DNA from: Octopus sinensis
Taxonomy: Eukaryota
DNA length: 21,443 nucleotides
Assembly (NCBI RefSeq): GCF_006345805.1
Contig: NW_021823782.1
Coordinates: 1-21,443 of the forward strand
Direction of reading: 5' to 3'
Shown here: positions 9,274 through 20,271 of the stretch, one piece after another
How positions within the stretch are numbered: the first letter of the stretch is position 1
Layout: each line of letters opens with the position of its first letter
The notes under the pieces: model-generated
The model's database searches: none
Told to the model about the DNA's origin: nothing
Seen by the model: only the letters and a program-made list of their open reading frames with translations
Program-made: the position numbers and the translations under genes

Positions 9274-9327
9274 ACTTCCTGAAAGCATATAAATAAGCTG
9301 TAAGTACGATCAATATGGCGGCCATTT
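9274..9327 (+). promoter_or_regulatory. Candidate core promoter/regulatory motif cluster (ETS, TATA, YY1)
   Basis: ACTTCCTG at 9274-9281, TATAAATA at 9288-9295, AATATGGCGGCCATTT at 9312-9327, and further ETS-like cores at 9146-9153 and 9164-9171. Motif matches only. Confidence 0.25.
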
Positions 9328-9430
9328 CAAAATTTTCATTTTGTTCCCGCGAGGCTTAAAAGGAAGCAAATCCGTTACATCATTCGGAAATAGCTGTCGT
9401 CTCCGTCGTAACCGTCGTCGTTGTTATTTT

Positions 9431-9752
<322 letters not shown>

Positions 9753-10009
9753 TAATCGTATTAATATTGCTATGTTTATATTGAAATAATTTTTCTTTTA
9801 CAAGTATAAAATGTACTTGATAACCATTCAGTTTTAGCTGCTGGCATTCAGAATTAAATTTCACTGAGTCAAGTTGCGCCTTTAAAATATATAATGACAC
9901 ATGTTTTAAACACAGTCAGACAAAAAAGGTAAAAGAATTGGAAAAAAAGGTAAAATATCGGTGACACCTATCTTTAGAACTGTTCTTGCGTGTTCAACAA
10001 AGTCGTTTC

Positions 10010-10011
10010 CT

Positions 10012-10054
<43 letters not shown>

Positions 10055-10171
10055 ACTACTACTACTACTACTACTACTACCACTACTACTACTTCTGCTA
10101 CTGCTGCTGCTGTTGCTGCCGCTGTTGCTTCTTCTTCTTCTTTTCTTCTTCTTCTTCTTCTTCTTCTTCTT
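10010..10171. repeat. Compound (CTA)n-(CTG)n-(CTT)n microsatellite
   Basis: Directly visible. The (CTT)n part is probably the (AAG)n tail of the adjacent minus-strand SINE. Confidence 0.95.
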
Positions 10172-10576
10172 CCAATCAGGACTCACGCCATTAGCCACAA
10201 AGAATAATCTCTAATTCGAACCTACTCTAATCTGCTAAGAATGTGTGTAGCAACTTGAAGATCCACCCACCCCACGCGATAGACTGGCAGTTGCACGGGC
10301 GCGAAAGTTACGTTGTTATCCTCATTCCGTAAACGGTGGCTTTTAACGAGTGGCGAGCTGAACCATCCTGGGGTACAGAGGATTCGCAATCTAGACTAGG
10401 GTCTGAAAGTTTACCACACCATAGTGGGTTATATCGTGGTTTCTCTGCTTTGTGGCAGAAGTAGGAAGAAAGAGTGAGAGAAAGTTGTGGTGAAAGAGTA
10501 AAGCGGGGTTCACCACCGCACCCCGCCGGAGCCTCGTGGAGTTTATGTGTTTTGCTCAATAAACACTCACAATGCC
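10172..10576 (-). mobile_element. SINE sharing the family B central domain but with a different 3' tail; tRNA head missing
   Basis: 10456-10576 is the reverse complement of 143-266. 10172-10455 has no counterpart in the 69-448 copy and ends in (AAG)n on the minus strand. The extent of the tail is inferred. Confidence 0.7.
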
Positions 10577-11264
10577 GGAACAATATCGCTAAGTAATTTA
10601 CTGTTGGAAGTGCATACTTACGGTATGGCAACAGTATCTTTTAGAAAATCCTCCATCAAAGCCAGAGTACAATGTTATGGAGATCAAAATTCTAGAATCC
10701 TGTTCAACATACATGTAAATAGAAATTCCTTCTCACAAGTGATCCTTTCTGGTATTTAATCATGCTGACAAGTATTAGGAAAATCCTACGTAATGTTGCT
10801 ATAAATTATCTGCAAAATGGCGTTTTTCTTTAATAAGTAACATTACTCCACATATTAAACCAATTCAAACTATCTGTGCAACTTAACACGATCTTCTGGG
10901 GATGAATTACTCAGTTAGAAGTCCCTTGTCTATACTATTCAGTCATATTTAGTATTTTAAATTACTTCTTCCCTCTTTAATATTATAAGGAATTGCATAA
11001 AAATAATTTTGTTCGTATGATGCTACATTCCGATGATGTATCGGAAGTGTCTGATTTTATCAAAAGAGGAATGTGCATCTAGCATTTCGCCACAACAGAT
11101 GGACGAATTTCGTCTGCCACTAAAATATTTGCGTTTTTAAACATAAGAAATATTATCTCCTGAAGAATACTGCAGTTAATAAGACTTTTCGCTTTGTTTC
11201 TGCATTCAGTACGATACACAGGTTGGCTTATTATATCCTTCTTTCTTTCTCTTTCTGTCTTTAT

Positions 11265-11525
11265 ATCGATTCATAGGACTTATTTTTAAAGTCTGATATC
11301 TGTTCTATTGGGCTCTTTTGCCGAAACGCTAAGTTACAGAGATGTTAACACACCAACACCAGTTGTCAAACGGTGGTTTCAGTTTCCGTCTACCAAATCC
11401 ATTCACAAAGCTTTCGTCGGTTGGAGGCTATAGTAAAAGACACTCGCCAAAGGTGTCACACTGTGGGAACCCTGAAGCATGTGGTTGGGAAGCAAGCTTC
11501 TTACCACACAGCCACGCCTGCGCCT
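11265..11525 (-). mobile_element. SINE family D lacking the internal microsatellite module
   Basis: The head CTTACCACACAGCCACGCCTGCGCCT and the body match 5860-6188. Confidence 0.85.
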
Positions 11526-11540
11526 ATATATATCTTATAC

Positions 11541-11864
11541 ATGTATGTATGTATGTATGTATGTATGTATGTATGTATGTATGTATGTATGTATGTATGT
11601 ATGTATGTAGTATGTATGTATGTATGCATGCATGAATGTATGTATGTATGTATGGTGCATGTATATATGGATGTATTATGTATGATATATATATATATAG
11701 ATATATATATATATAATATATATATATATATATTTAGCAATTAAGGACAACTACTTAATAAGGAAAACTTAACAAGAAATTGTCAGGTAGATAGCGTAAA
11801 AACCTCATAAGAGAAAAAATTTCGAAAATAATTATTTCTTATTGAAAAACATAATAAATATAAA

Positions 11865-11896
<32 letters not shown>

Positions 11897-11934
11897 ATAT
11901 ATATATATATATAATATAATATATATATATGTAT

Positions 11935-11970
<36 letters not shown>

Positions 11971-12008
11971 ATATATATATAATATATATATATATATATA
12001 ATATATAC
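11541..12008. repeat. (TATG)n (11541-11652) and (TA)n (11685-11732, 11864-12008) microsatellites
   Basis: Directly visible. Confidence 0.95.
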
Positions 12009-12009
12009 A

Positions 12010-12285
12010 AAATGGGACAAGAACGCAAAACAGCCGACAACTAGGTGATACAAAAAAGGGACAACAAAACATCCAGATAGACGATACAAAAAAACAAGGA
12101 CGGCTCATTCGAAACTTTCTATCCTCAGTCAAGAACTAGATCATCCTCGCAATTGCGGCTGATTAATCTTGAGATTGCTCCAATCTGGCCAGCCCCAAGG
12201 AAAAACTAAGCTAAGAGCATTAGATTCTTTAGAAGAAAGCATCGAATGTATATGAAAACAAGGACGGAAAAACAGAGGATGTTAG
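12010..12285. repeat. Unclassified repeat-like module with internal direct repeats, abutting (TA)n
   Basis: AAAACAAGGACGG occurs at 12091-12103 and 12255-12267. There is an imperfect duplication of CAAAACA..C....GATACAAAAAA at about 12027-12095. Confidence 0.4.
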
Positions 12286-12289
12286 TATT

Positions 12290-13783
12290 TAGAAAATGAA
12301 ACTAGGATGTCAGCTAAAGGTAAAATCCCCAACCACCTCCTCTTTAAGGATATTTTGAAACTGTATGGCAGGGATGAGACACAAGTGAGTTCCTTGGTGA
12401 ACACGGTTCACTGTTTTAGTACTGATATTAAAATAGAATTCTGACTCAAGAAGTGTGGAATTACCTACATAAAAAGAGGCAAGGTACAGTCCCTAGCAGA
12501 GACAGAGTTACCGAACGGAGAACTGATTAAACAAATTGAAACGGAAGGCTACAAATACATGGGCAGACTAGAGTTCAACGAGATAATGGAGAAGGAAATA
12601 AAAAAGCAATTGAGGATGGAATATTTCTGAAGTCTATGATTGATGTTGCGCTCAAAATTGACCGGATGGAATAAAATCCAAGCAGTTAATATATAGGTGA
12701 TAACATCACTTCCGTATGGAGCTGGAATTATAAAATGGTAAAAGAAAGAACTGATAAAAATGGATACAAAGACAAGAAAAATGTTGACAGTACATGGAGA
12801 CTTCTACCCTATGAGTAACACCGATAGGCTGTACTTGTTCAGAAGAAAAGATGGGAGAGGATTGATCAGTCACCAGGATTCTATCGAAGCAGAGGAAAAC
12901 AGCTTAGGTTGGTATGTAAGAAAAAAAGCCGTGGAACAATTGTTGGAACATTCGAAGAAGTCCGACGTCATTAAAACTGAGAATTATGAAATGAAAAAAA
13001 AAGAACATGAAAGAAAAATAGCATGGAAGCAAAAAAATGTTCAGACAGTTTGCAAGAGATACGAACGCCAAGACCAGTAGCTATGGATGAGGAGGCGTGA
13101 CCTGAAGATAGAAACAGAAGCACTTATATGCGCAGCTCAAAAAGTAGCGTTAAGGACCAACTATGTGCAGTGCAGAATAGAAAACACTACCAACAGCGAC
13201 AAATGCAGAATGTGTCCTGAGAGGGCGAAACGGTATGGCACATCGTTAACGAATGCTCGAAATTGACACAGCACGAATACAAAAGATGACATGACAATGT
13301 GACAAGAATGATCCATTGGGTGTTTTGTGGAAATCACGGCCTACAACGGGAAAATGCGTGGTATGAGAAAACTTTAGGAGTCATCAAGAATGAGAATTGC
13401 AAAATCCTGTGGGATACAATGATTCAGTGCGATCACCTGACCTGACATCGGAAAACGGACATTGTTGTGGTGAATAAAAACAAAAAATATGCATGATAAT
13501 CGACATAGCATGTCTCAGTGACAACAGGATCAAAGAGAAAGAAGAAAAACGGAACAACTACGACGATTTGAAGTGGGAAACACGAAGGTTGTGGTCAATG
13601 AGGAGAGTAGACGTGATAGCAATAGTAATTGGCGCACTTGGAAGTATCAGTACACAACTACCAATATGGCTCAAAAAGATTGATAAAGGTAGAACACCTA
13701 CAAAAATCGGCATTGCTTGGAACTGCAACAAGCATGACTAGTAGACAAGTGTCACCTTAGTCTGCTGGCGTTGGACAGCTGAC
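12290..13783 (+). mobile_element. 5'-truncated, decayed RLE-type non-LTR retrotransposon (R4/Dong-like): RT domains 5-7, thumb, CCHC knuckle, RLE and partial 3' UTR
   Basis: NHLLFKDILKLY (degenerate FMDD, 12331-12366); GYKYMG; DRLYLFRRKDGRGL; KCRMCPER-ETVWHIVNEC (13201-13256); R*HD (13284-13295); KILWD; RKTD (13449-13460); IIDIAC; IVIGALG; EHLQKSALLGTA. Multiple stops and frameshifts. Confidence 0.93.
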
Positions 13784-14082
13784 AATACAAAGACCTGGAA
13801 ATAGAGGTAACTCGAATGTGGAGTCTAAAAACAGAAACAATTCCTATCATAATGGGCGCATTAGGTATGATAAAAAAATATTCAGACAAATAAATAACAA
13901 AAACACCAGGACTAAAAAATATATCTAACATACAGAAAATTGCACTACTAGGCACCGCACACATCCTACGTAAAACACTTCAATGCAGCAATCAATACAA
14001 TAATCATAGCACATACCCAAGGCACACAGAGCTGCGCTCGATAGTGCAATGAAAGCAGGTTATAAAAATAAGACTACTGACT
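13784..14082 (+). mobile_element. Second RLE LINE 3' fragment (different subfamily) with 3' UTR
   Basis: YKDLEIEVTRMWSLKTETIPIIMGALGMIKKYSDK*ITKTPGLKNISNIQKIALLGTAHILRKTL, followed by UTR and a triplet-repeat tail. Confidence 0.9.
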
Positions 14083-14218
<136 letters not shown>

Positions 14219-14722
14219 GAACGAGTGTGTAACTTCAAAATAACAGAAAAGTGGTATGAACACGAACTGTGATAGAAAATGAGAATTGCAAGATATTGTG
14301 GGGGTGGGTTTTCCATAAAAACTGACCATATTGTTGATGCAAGAAAACCGGATACGATCATAGAGGACAAAATAAACAAACAGTGTAAGGTCATAGATCT
14401 TGTGATTCCTTTTGATAGCAGAGTTAATACCAAAGAAATTGAAAATTTTGATAAACATCAGGAACTAGTTAGAGAGCTGAGAAGATTGTGGAAGACAAAG
14501 ACATCAATTATTCCTGTAGTTACTGGTGAACTTGGTACAACACCCAGAATGCTACCTAAAAGATTGAAAGCGACTGGAATTGAAACTTGCATTGTCGACC
14601 AGCAGAAATGTACTGTCCTATATTCTACATGAATCCTAAAAAAGATTCTTCAGATTTGAGGAGACTTGTCGTCACCAAACATCACGATAAAATAACTGCT
14701 AAATTAGCCAGCAATAGCGTAA

Positions 14723-14723
<1 letters not shown>
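14219..14723 (+). mobile_element. Third RLE LINE 3' fragment (different subfamily)
   Basis: EKWYEHE, VIENENCKILW, then TDHIVDARKPD (RKPD at 14342-14353), KVIDLVIPFD, ELRRLWK, IIPVVTGELG, QKCTVLYST*ILKKIL, and a 3' UTR ending AATAGCGTAAT. Confidence 0.9.
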
Positions 14724-14762
<39 letters not shown>

Positions 14763-14888
14763 TTATTATTATTATTATTATTGTTATTATTATTATTATT
14801 ATTATTATCATTATTATTATTATTACTATTATTATTATTATTAAGATGATGATGGTGATTATGATGATTATGATGGTGATAATAATAA

Positions 14889-14919
<31 letters not shown>

Positions 14920-14922
14920 AAT

Positions 14923-14973
<51 letters not shown>

Positions 14974-15010
14974 TGATGATAATAATAGAAATAATAATAA
15001 TAATGATAAT
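14724..15010. repeat. (ATT)n (14724-14842), ATG-rich spacer, (AAT)n (14881-15010)
   Basis: Directly visible. The two arrays are reverse complements of each other. Confidence 0.95.
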
Positions 15011-15588
15011 CTGATAAAAGGTCGTAAATGCTTGGGTATGGATATACGCGACTGAACTGATCCCAATACGTAAATTGGTACTTAGTTTATCGACAAGAGC
15101 ACAGCGCCTATTTTACTTTACTAATTGCTTTTACATGCAGCAGGCGTCCCTAGGTATAGCTTTTTAATCATTCACTTGGTTGATAGTTCCACGTCTTATT
15201 GACTCAGCCAGATGCGAATCTAGAATGTTTTAACAGATTATATTTAAAAACAACAGAAACGAAACCAAATCAGTCTTCCATCTAATTCGAAACTTCAAAT
15301 GTAGAGTCTATTATTTCAGTTAGTTCTTATTTATATAAGCCATTTGAAACTAAACTAATGTTTTCTTTGTGTTCTGTCTTTTTTCTTCTATTGTACCATT
15401 GTACATTGTACAATTCCTGTGTGTTTCCTTCGTCCCAAAATGGCGGCCAGTTTGCACCTCACTAGGGGCAATTCGCTTAACTTTTATAAGTACAATATAT
15501 TTATGTAAAAACTTCCACTTGCATCATTCCGGAGACGTTAGTGAGAAGCAAACAACAATAGCACCACACAGGCATGCATACACACAGA

Positions 15589-15693
15589 CACATACGTACA
15601 TACTTACATGCAAACAAAAACATATATATATATATGTATATATGTGCATATATTATATATGTGTATATATTATATATGTGTATGCGTGTGGTC

Positions 15694-15738
<45 letters not shown>

Positions 15739-15942
15739 TAATAATATAATATATACATATATATATATATAATATATATAATAATAATATATTAAATAAT
15801 ATATATATAATATATATATATATAATATATATATATATAACACATACGTAGATACTTACATGCACAAACAAACATATATATATATATATGTATGTGCATA
15901 TATTATTATGTGTATTATTATATATGTGTATGTGTGTGTGTC

Positions 15943-15985
<43 letters not shown>

Positions 15986-16611
15986 TATATAACACATACG
16001 TACATACGTACATGCAAACAAAAATCTTCCCCACACAAATAATTATTATGATGATTAATAACAAAAGCAACGGTAATATAAAGATAACACCATCAACGAA
16101 AACAACGGCCACGACCACAGCAATAAGATCAACAACAGCAGCATGAATAATTCACAACAATGCAAGTACAACGGATGCTGCTACTGCTGCAAAAATAAAA
16201 AGTAAAACTAAAAAAAAATTATCAGATCTAGCAATCACAACAGCAACATCTGCAACTGTAACAACAACGGACTCAAAAAAACAACAACAAAATCAGTTAT
16301 AAGTGCACCAGTAACAACAGCAGTTAAGTTTGCAATTCCGACAACAATATGCGTACGTGCAGTCATACATATGTGCATACAATCATGCATGCATACGTAT
16401 AAACATAGAGTCACACATGTACACATACGTACGTACGTACATACACACACACACACACATATATATATTATATATGTTTATATGTATGTGTATATATTAT
16501 ATATGTGTGTGTGTGTGTGTCTGCATATATATATAGATGTTTATATAAATATATATATAAATATATACCTAATGTCTGTGAGTATATATATATATATATA
16601 TATACGCATAT

Positions 16612-16663
<52 letters not shown>

Positions 16664-16823
16664 TATATAGATATCTATATACAAAATATATTACAATACA
16701 CACACACACACACATATATATATATATTATATATATATGCATACACATATACCTACACACATATAGTATATGTATATATGCAGAACTATCTATCTATATA
16801 TCTATACAATCATATATATATAT

Positions 16824-16854
<31 letters not shown>

Positions 16855-16860
16855 GCATGC
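15589..16860. repeat. Compound (TA)n/(TG)n low-complexity region with a higher-order repeated unit
   Basis: The anchor CACATACGTA-ATAC-TACATGCA recurs at 15589, 15841 and 15993. GTCTGCATATAT recurs in the 15589 and 15841 units and near 16520. Confidence 0.85.
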
Positions 16861-17112
16861 ATACATACGTACGTAGTATGTATGTATGCATACATGTATG
16901 AATGTACATACGTATGTATGTATGTATGTATGTACGTGTGTATCTATGTATGCATGCATGTATGTATGTATGTATGTATGTATGTATGTATGTATGTATG
17001 TATGAATGTATGTATGTATGTATGTATGTATGTATGTATGTATGCATGCATGCATGCATGCATGCATGTATGTATGCTTATGTATGTATGTATGTATGTA
17101 TGTATGTACGTA
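16860..17112. repeat. (TATG)n microsatellite
   Basis: Directly visible. Confidence 0.97.
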
Positions 17113-17274
17113 TACTTCTCATTTATGACTGTTAGTTCTTTTACTTGGATAATTTGACCGTTTATTTCGTTATAACTTCTTTGCCAATCCCCCACCCTTC
17201 GCCCACTACCTCCATGCACTCCACCCACTGCTAAGGGAAATCGCGAGTAAACATGCCAAAATAATACAAGCAGT

Positions 17275-17730
17275 GGAGGTGGTGGCGTCGGTGGTGGTGG
17301 TAATGATGATGATGATGTGATGATGATGATTTCGACGACGACGGCGGCCACAAGCATCACTGCTACACCCTAGTCACTCCTCTACCCCCTACTCCCCTTT
17401 CATCACGATGATGATGATGATTATCATAAGGACCAAAACAACAATCTCTTTCACTTTATCATTTCACTCACCACCACCGCCATCATCATCATCATTATCA
17501 TCATCATCATCATCATCATCATCACCATCAACATCATCATCATCATCATCATCACCACGACGACCACCACCACGACCACCACCACCACCACCTTCATTGT
17601 TATCATCGTCTCCTCCATCATCATCATACTCGTCGTCATCCTCATCATCATGAGTATCGTCGCCATCATCATCATTATCATCATCATCATCATCATCACC
17701 ACCGACGCCATCAATGTTGACAATCATTTC
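17275..17730. repeat. (GGT)/(ATG)/(CAT)/(CAC) compound triplet repeats
   Basis: Directly visible. Confidence 0.93.
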
Positions 17731-17734
17731 AATA

Positions 17735-18140
17735 GTGTCTCTCTCTTTCTTTCTCTCTTCCTCTCTCCCTCCTCCCTCTCTCTCTCTCTCTCTGTAATAC
17801 CAGATTCATGAAAGTAAATAAAACCATTTGAAACGTCTATTCTCCTTTTTTAATTCCAATCTTTTGTCTTTACGTCTCAATGTCCCAGTGTTGCTTTCTC
17901 CTGTTTTCTGAAATATCTACAAGTCTTTCTTTCTGTCTGTCTCTCTGTAATCCCTTTCCCGTACCCCCTCTCTATCTCTCTCTCTCTTTCTCTCTCCCTC
18001 TCTCCATCCCCATCCCCTTCTCTCTTCCTCTCTCCCTATCTTTCTCTTCTTCCTTTCTCTCTTTGTATCTCATGCATATAAGTACACATTTCTTAACCAT
18101 CTTGTTGCTTCTCTTTCTCTCTCTCTCTCTCTCTCTCGCA

Positions 18141-18207
<67 letters not shown>

Positions 18208-18400
18208 GCTTTCTCTCTCTCTCGCCAGCTTTTTGTCTCTCTCTCTCTCATCCTCTCTTTTTCTCTCTCCATGCGCACATACAAATTACAAATGATTGCC
18301 ATCTTGTTGCTCCTCGCCTCTCTCGTCTTTTTTCTCATTTCCCACTCTCTCATTATCTCTCTCTCCATCTCACTCACTCTCTCTCTCTCTCTCTCTCTGT
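17735..18400. repeat. (CT)n-rich polypyrimidine region with an embedded (CA)n
   Basis: Directly visible. A further (CT)n lies at 18845-18910. Confidence 0.93.
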
Positions 18401-18631
18401 CGTTCACTATTATCCCATCACTATACACTGTTATGCCAGCCTCACCCGTTTCCGTATTATTCTTCCATATATTGTTTTGTTATGTGTGAGTGCATGTCTG
18501 CCTGTGTTTTTAATGAATATACATCTCCGTGTGTAAGGGCATGTGTAGGCGCGCACTTCTCCATACGAGTGGGTCTCTGAGCATGTGCGGACATGTACGT
18601 GCATGCACATGTATATGTAAGCGTACATGTT

Positions 18632-18668
<37 letters not shown>

Positions 18669-18742
18669 GTGTCTGTGTTTATGTTGAACAATGCATGCGT
18701 TATCTTTGCTTTCATTCTTTCTGCTTTTCATTTCACCATCAG

Positions 18743-18802
18743 AAGCGAAATATGTCAATGTAACATTCCAGACGAAATGACGTCACAGCCGAGCCAGTAA
18801 AA
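18743..18802 (+). other. Candidate small exon (splice signals only)
   Basis: A 40-nt polypyrimidine tract ending ...TTTCACCATCAG (AG 18741-18742), then 60 nt, then AA|GTACGT. All three frames contain a stop. Confidence 0.3.
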
Positions 18803-18840
18803 GTACGTTTTATAATTTCCATTCATTTCGTCGAAAACTG

Positions 18841-18896
<56 letters not shown>

Positions 18897-19077
18897 CTCT
18901 CTCTTCCTCTTTCCCTTATTTAATTCGTATTTCAATCTCAGACTACCCGATTCTTTCCCCCTCACCTTCAAACCATCCTCTAAATACTTTCAAAATTCAC
19001 AATCAATCTTTTCGATATATACCACCACTCCACTCTTTTATCCCCCTGCCTTAATTTTTTTTTTTTTTTTGCTGAAG

Positions 19078-19121
19078 AAAATAACATTATTGTTCCGAAG
19101 CTATTCAGTATCATTTTAAAG
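19078..19121 (+). other. Candidate small exon (splice signals only)
   Basis: A poly-T tract plus GCTGAAG acceptor (AG 19076-19077), then 44 nt, then AAG|GTAATT. One open frame: xNNIIVPKLFSIILK. Confidence 0.25.
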
Positions 19122-19271
19122 GTAATTATTGAATTAAATGTTTCAATAATTTCTATGAATAAAATTTCGCGAATGACATTCGTACCATAATGGTCCTGTT
19201 TACTGCGTTGGTAAATGCAAACTTTTAAGTGCCTTTGAAACCGAATTCATCATGATCATCATAGTAACGTC

Positions 19272-19309
<38 letters not shown>

Positions 19310-19349
19310 CATCATCATCATCATCATCATATTATTATTATTATTATTA

Positions 19350-19828
19350 ATGAGTGAGAGAGCAGTTCATGCATCAAAGTGACACTGGGGTAAAATATAC
19401 GAAGCCCAATATACCCATCATGACTACCCGTCTGATAAAGGTACACCCGGCACATGCATCACAACCATATTGTGCGCGACACATGGTGATCTCATATCAA
19501 GATAAACAGCACATGACCTTGCAGGTGGGGCCCAGTTAGAATTTTCTTCAGGTTGAGTAGCCCATCCTGCTCAAACGGTCCCTGAATAAGGGTTGCTTTA
19601 GGATGTTGAAACGAAACACCTATGTTTCCAGAGGGAACCATTCAAACTCCAAAGAATCCCTCTCAACACATGGCCATGATGCTCCCCCAACTACTTCTGC
19701 TCGTGATCAGAGATGCACATATCGTCAGCCACTAAGGGACATGCTCAACTGGTAATGTCAAACAAACTGACAAGCAATCTGTGGTATTGAGCAGAATATT
19801 TGCTGTTAGCCCATCTTTTATACCAAGA
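19350..19828 (-). mobile_element. Unclassified ~480-bp interspersed repeat, copy 2 (apparently complete), inside (ATT)n
   Basis: Colinear with 7037-7462 and flanked by (ATT)n at 19331-19348 and 19829-19880. Confidence 0.8.
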
Positions 19829-19993
19829 TATTATTATTATTATTATTATATATATTATTATTATTATCATTATTATTATTATAGGTGTTGTTGCTGTTGT
19901 TGGCATCATCTGTGTCGACATCGTCGTCATTGTCATCATCTTCATCATCCTCCTCTTCCTCCTCATCATCATCATATTATTATTATTATCATT

Positions 19994-20028
<35 letters not shown>

Positions 20029-20149
20029 CATTATTATTATTATTAATAATAATAATATTAATTTTATTATTATTATCATTGTTATTGTTGTTGTTGTTAT
20101 TGGCATCATCAGTGTCGACGTCGTCGTCATCGTCGTCATCGTCCTTGCC

Positions 20150-20181
<32 letters not shown>

Positions 20182-20218
20182 TATCATCATCACCACCACC
20201 ACCACCACCACCACCACC

Positions 20219-20271
<53 letters not shown>

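Noticed and set aside
9820-9885. Possible old + strand family C SINE fragment
   Set aside because: The similarity is short and too diverged to call by eye.
10617-10760. Possible exons on either strand, including a perfect minus-strand GTAAGT donor near 10622
   Set aside because: Acceptors are ambiguous and none of the peptides is recognisable.
11805-11842. Second hammerhead-like arrangement (GAA-AAAAU-UUC, GAAA, palindromic AAUAAUUAUU)
   Set aside because: The core reads CAUAAGA (two essential mismatches) and no stem I pairing exists.
12095-12135. Minus-strand CUGAGGA...GAA...GUC hammerhead-like words
   Set aside because: Stem II is weak, A15.1 is missing and no stem I can be formed.
15058-15094. 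37-bp match to the family C SINE core
   Set aside because: Probably a real remnant (counted in the strand tally) but too short to annotate as an element.
16040-16350. Thr/Ala-rich mucin-like reading frames
   Set aside because: They are explained by decayed (ACA/GCA)n repeats, have interrupting stops and lack splice signals.
17801-17819. CAG-10 nt-GTAAAT possible microexon after (CT)n
   Set aside because: The pyrimidine tract is just the microsatellite and 10 nt is not frame-preserving, so chance is likely.
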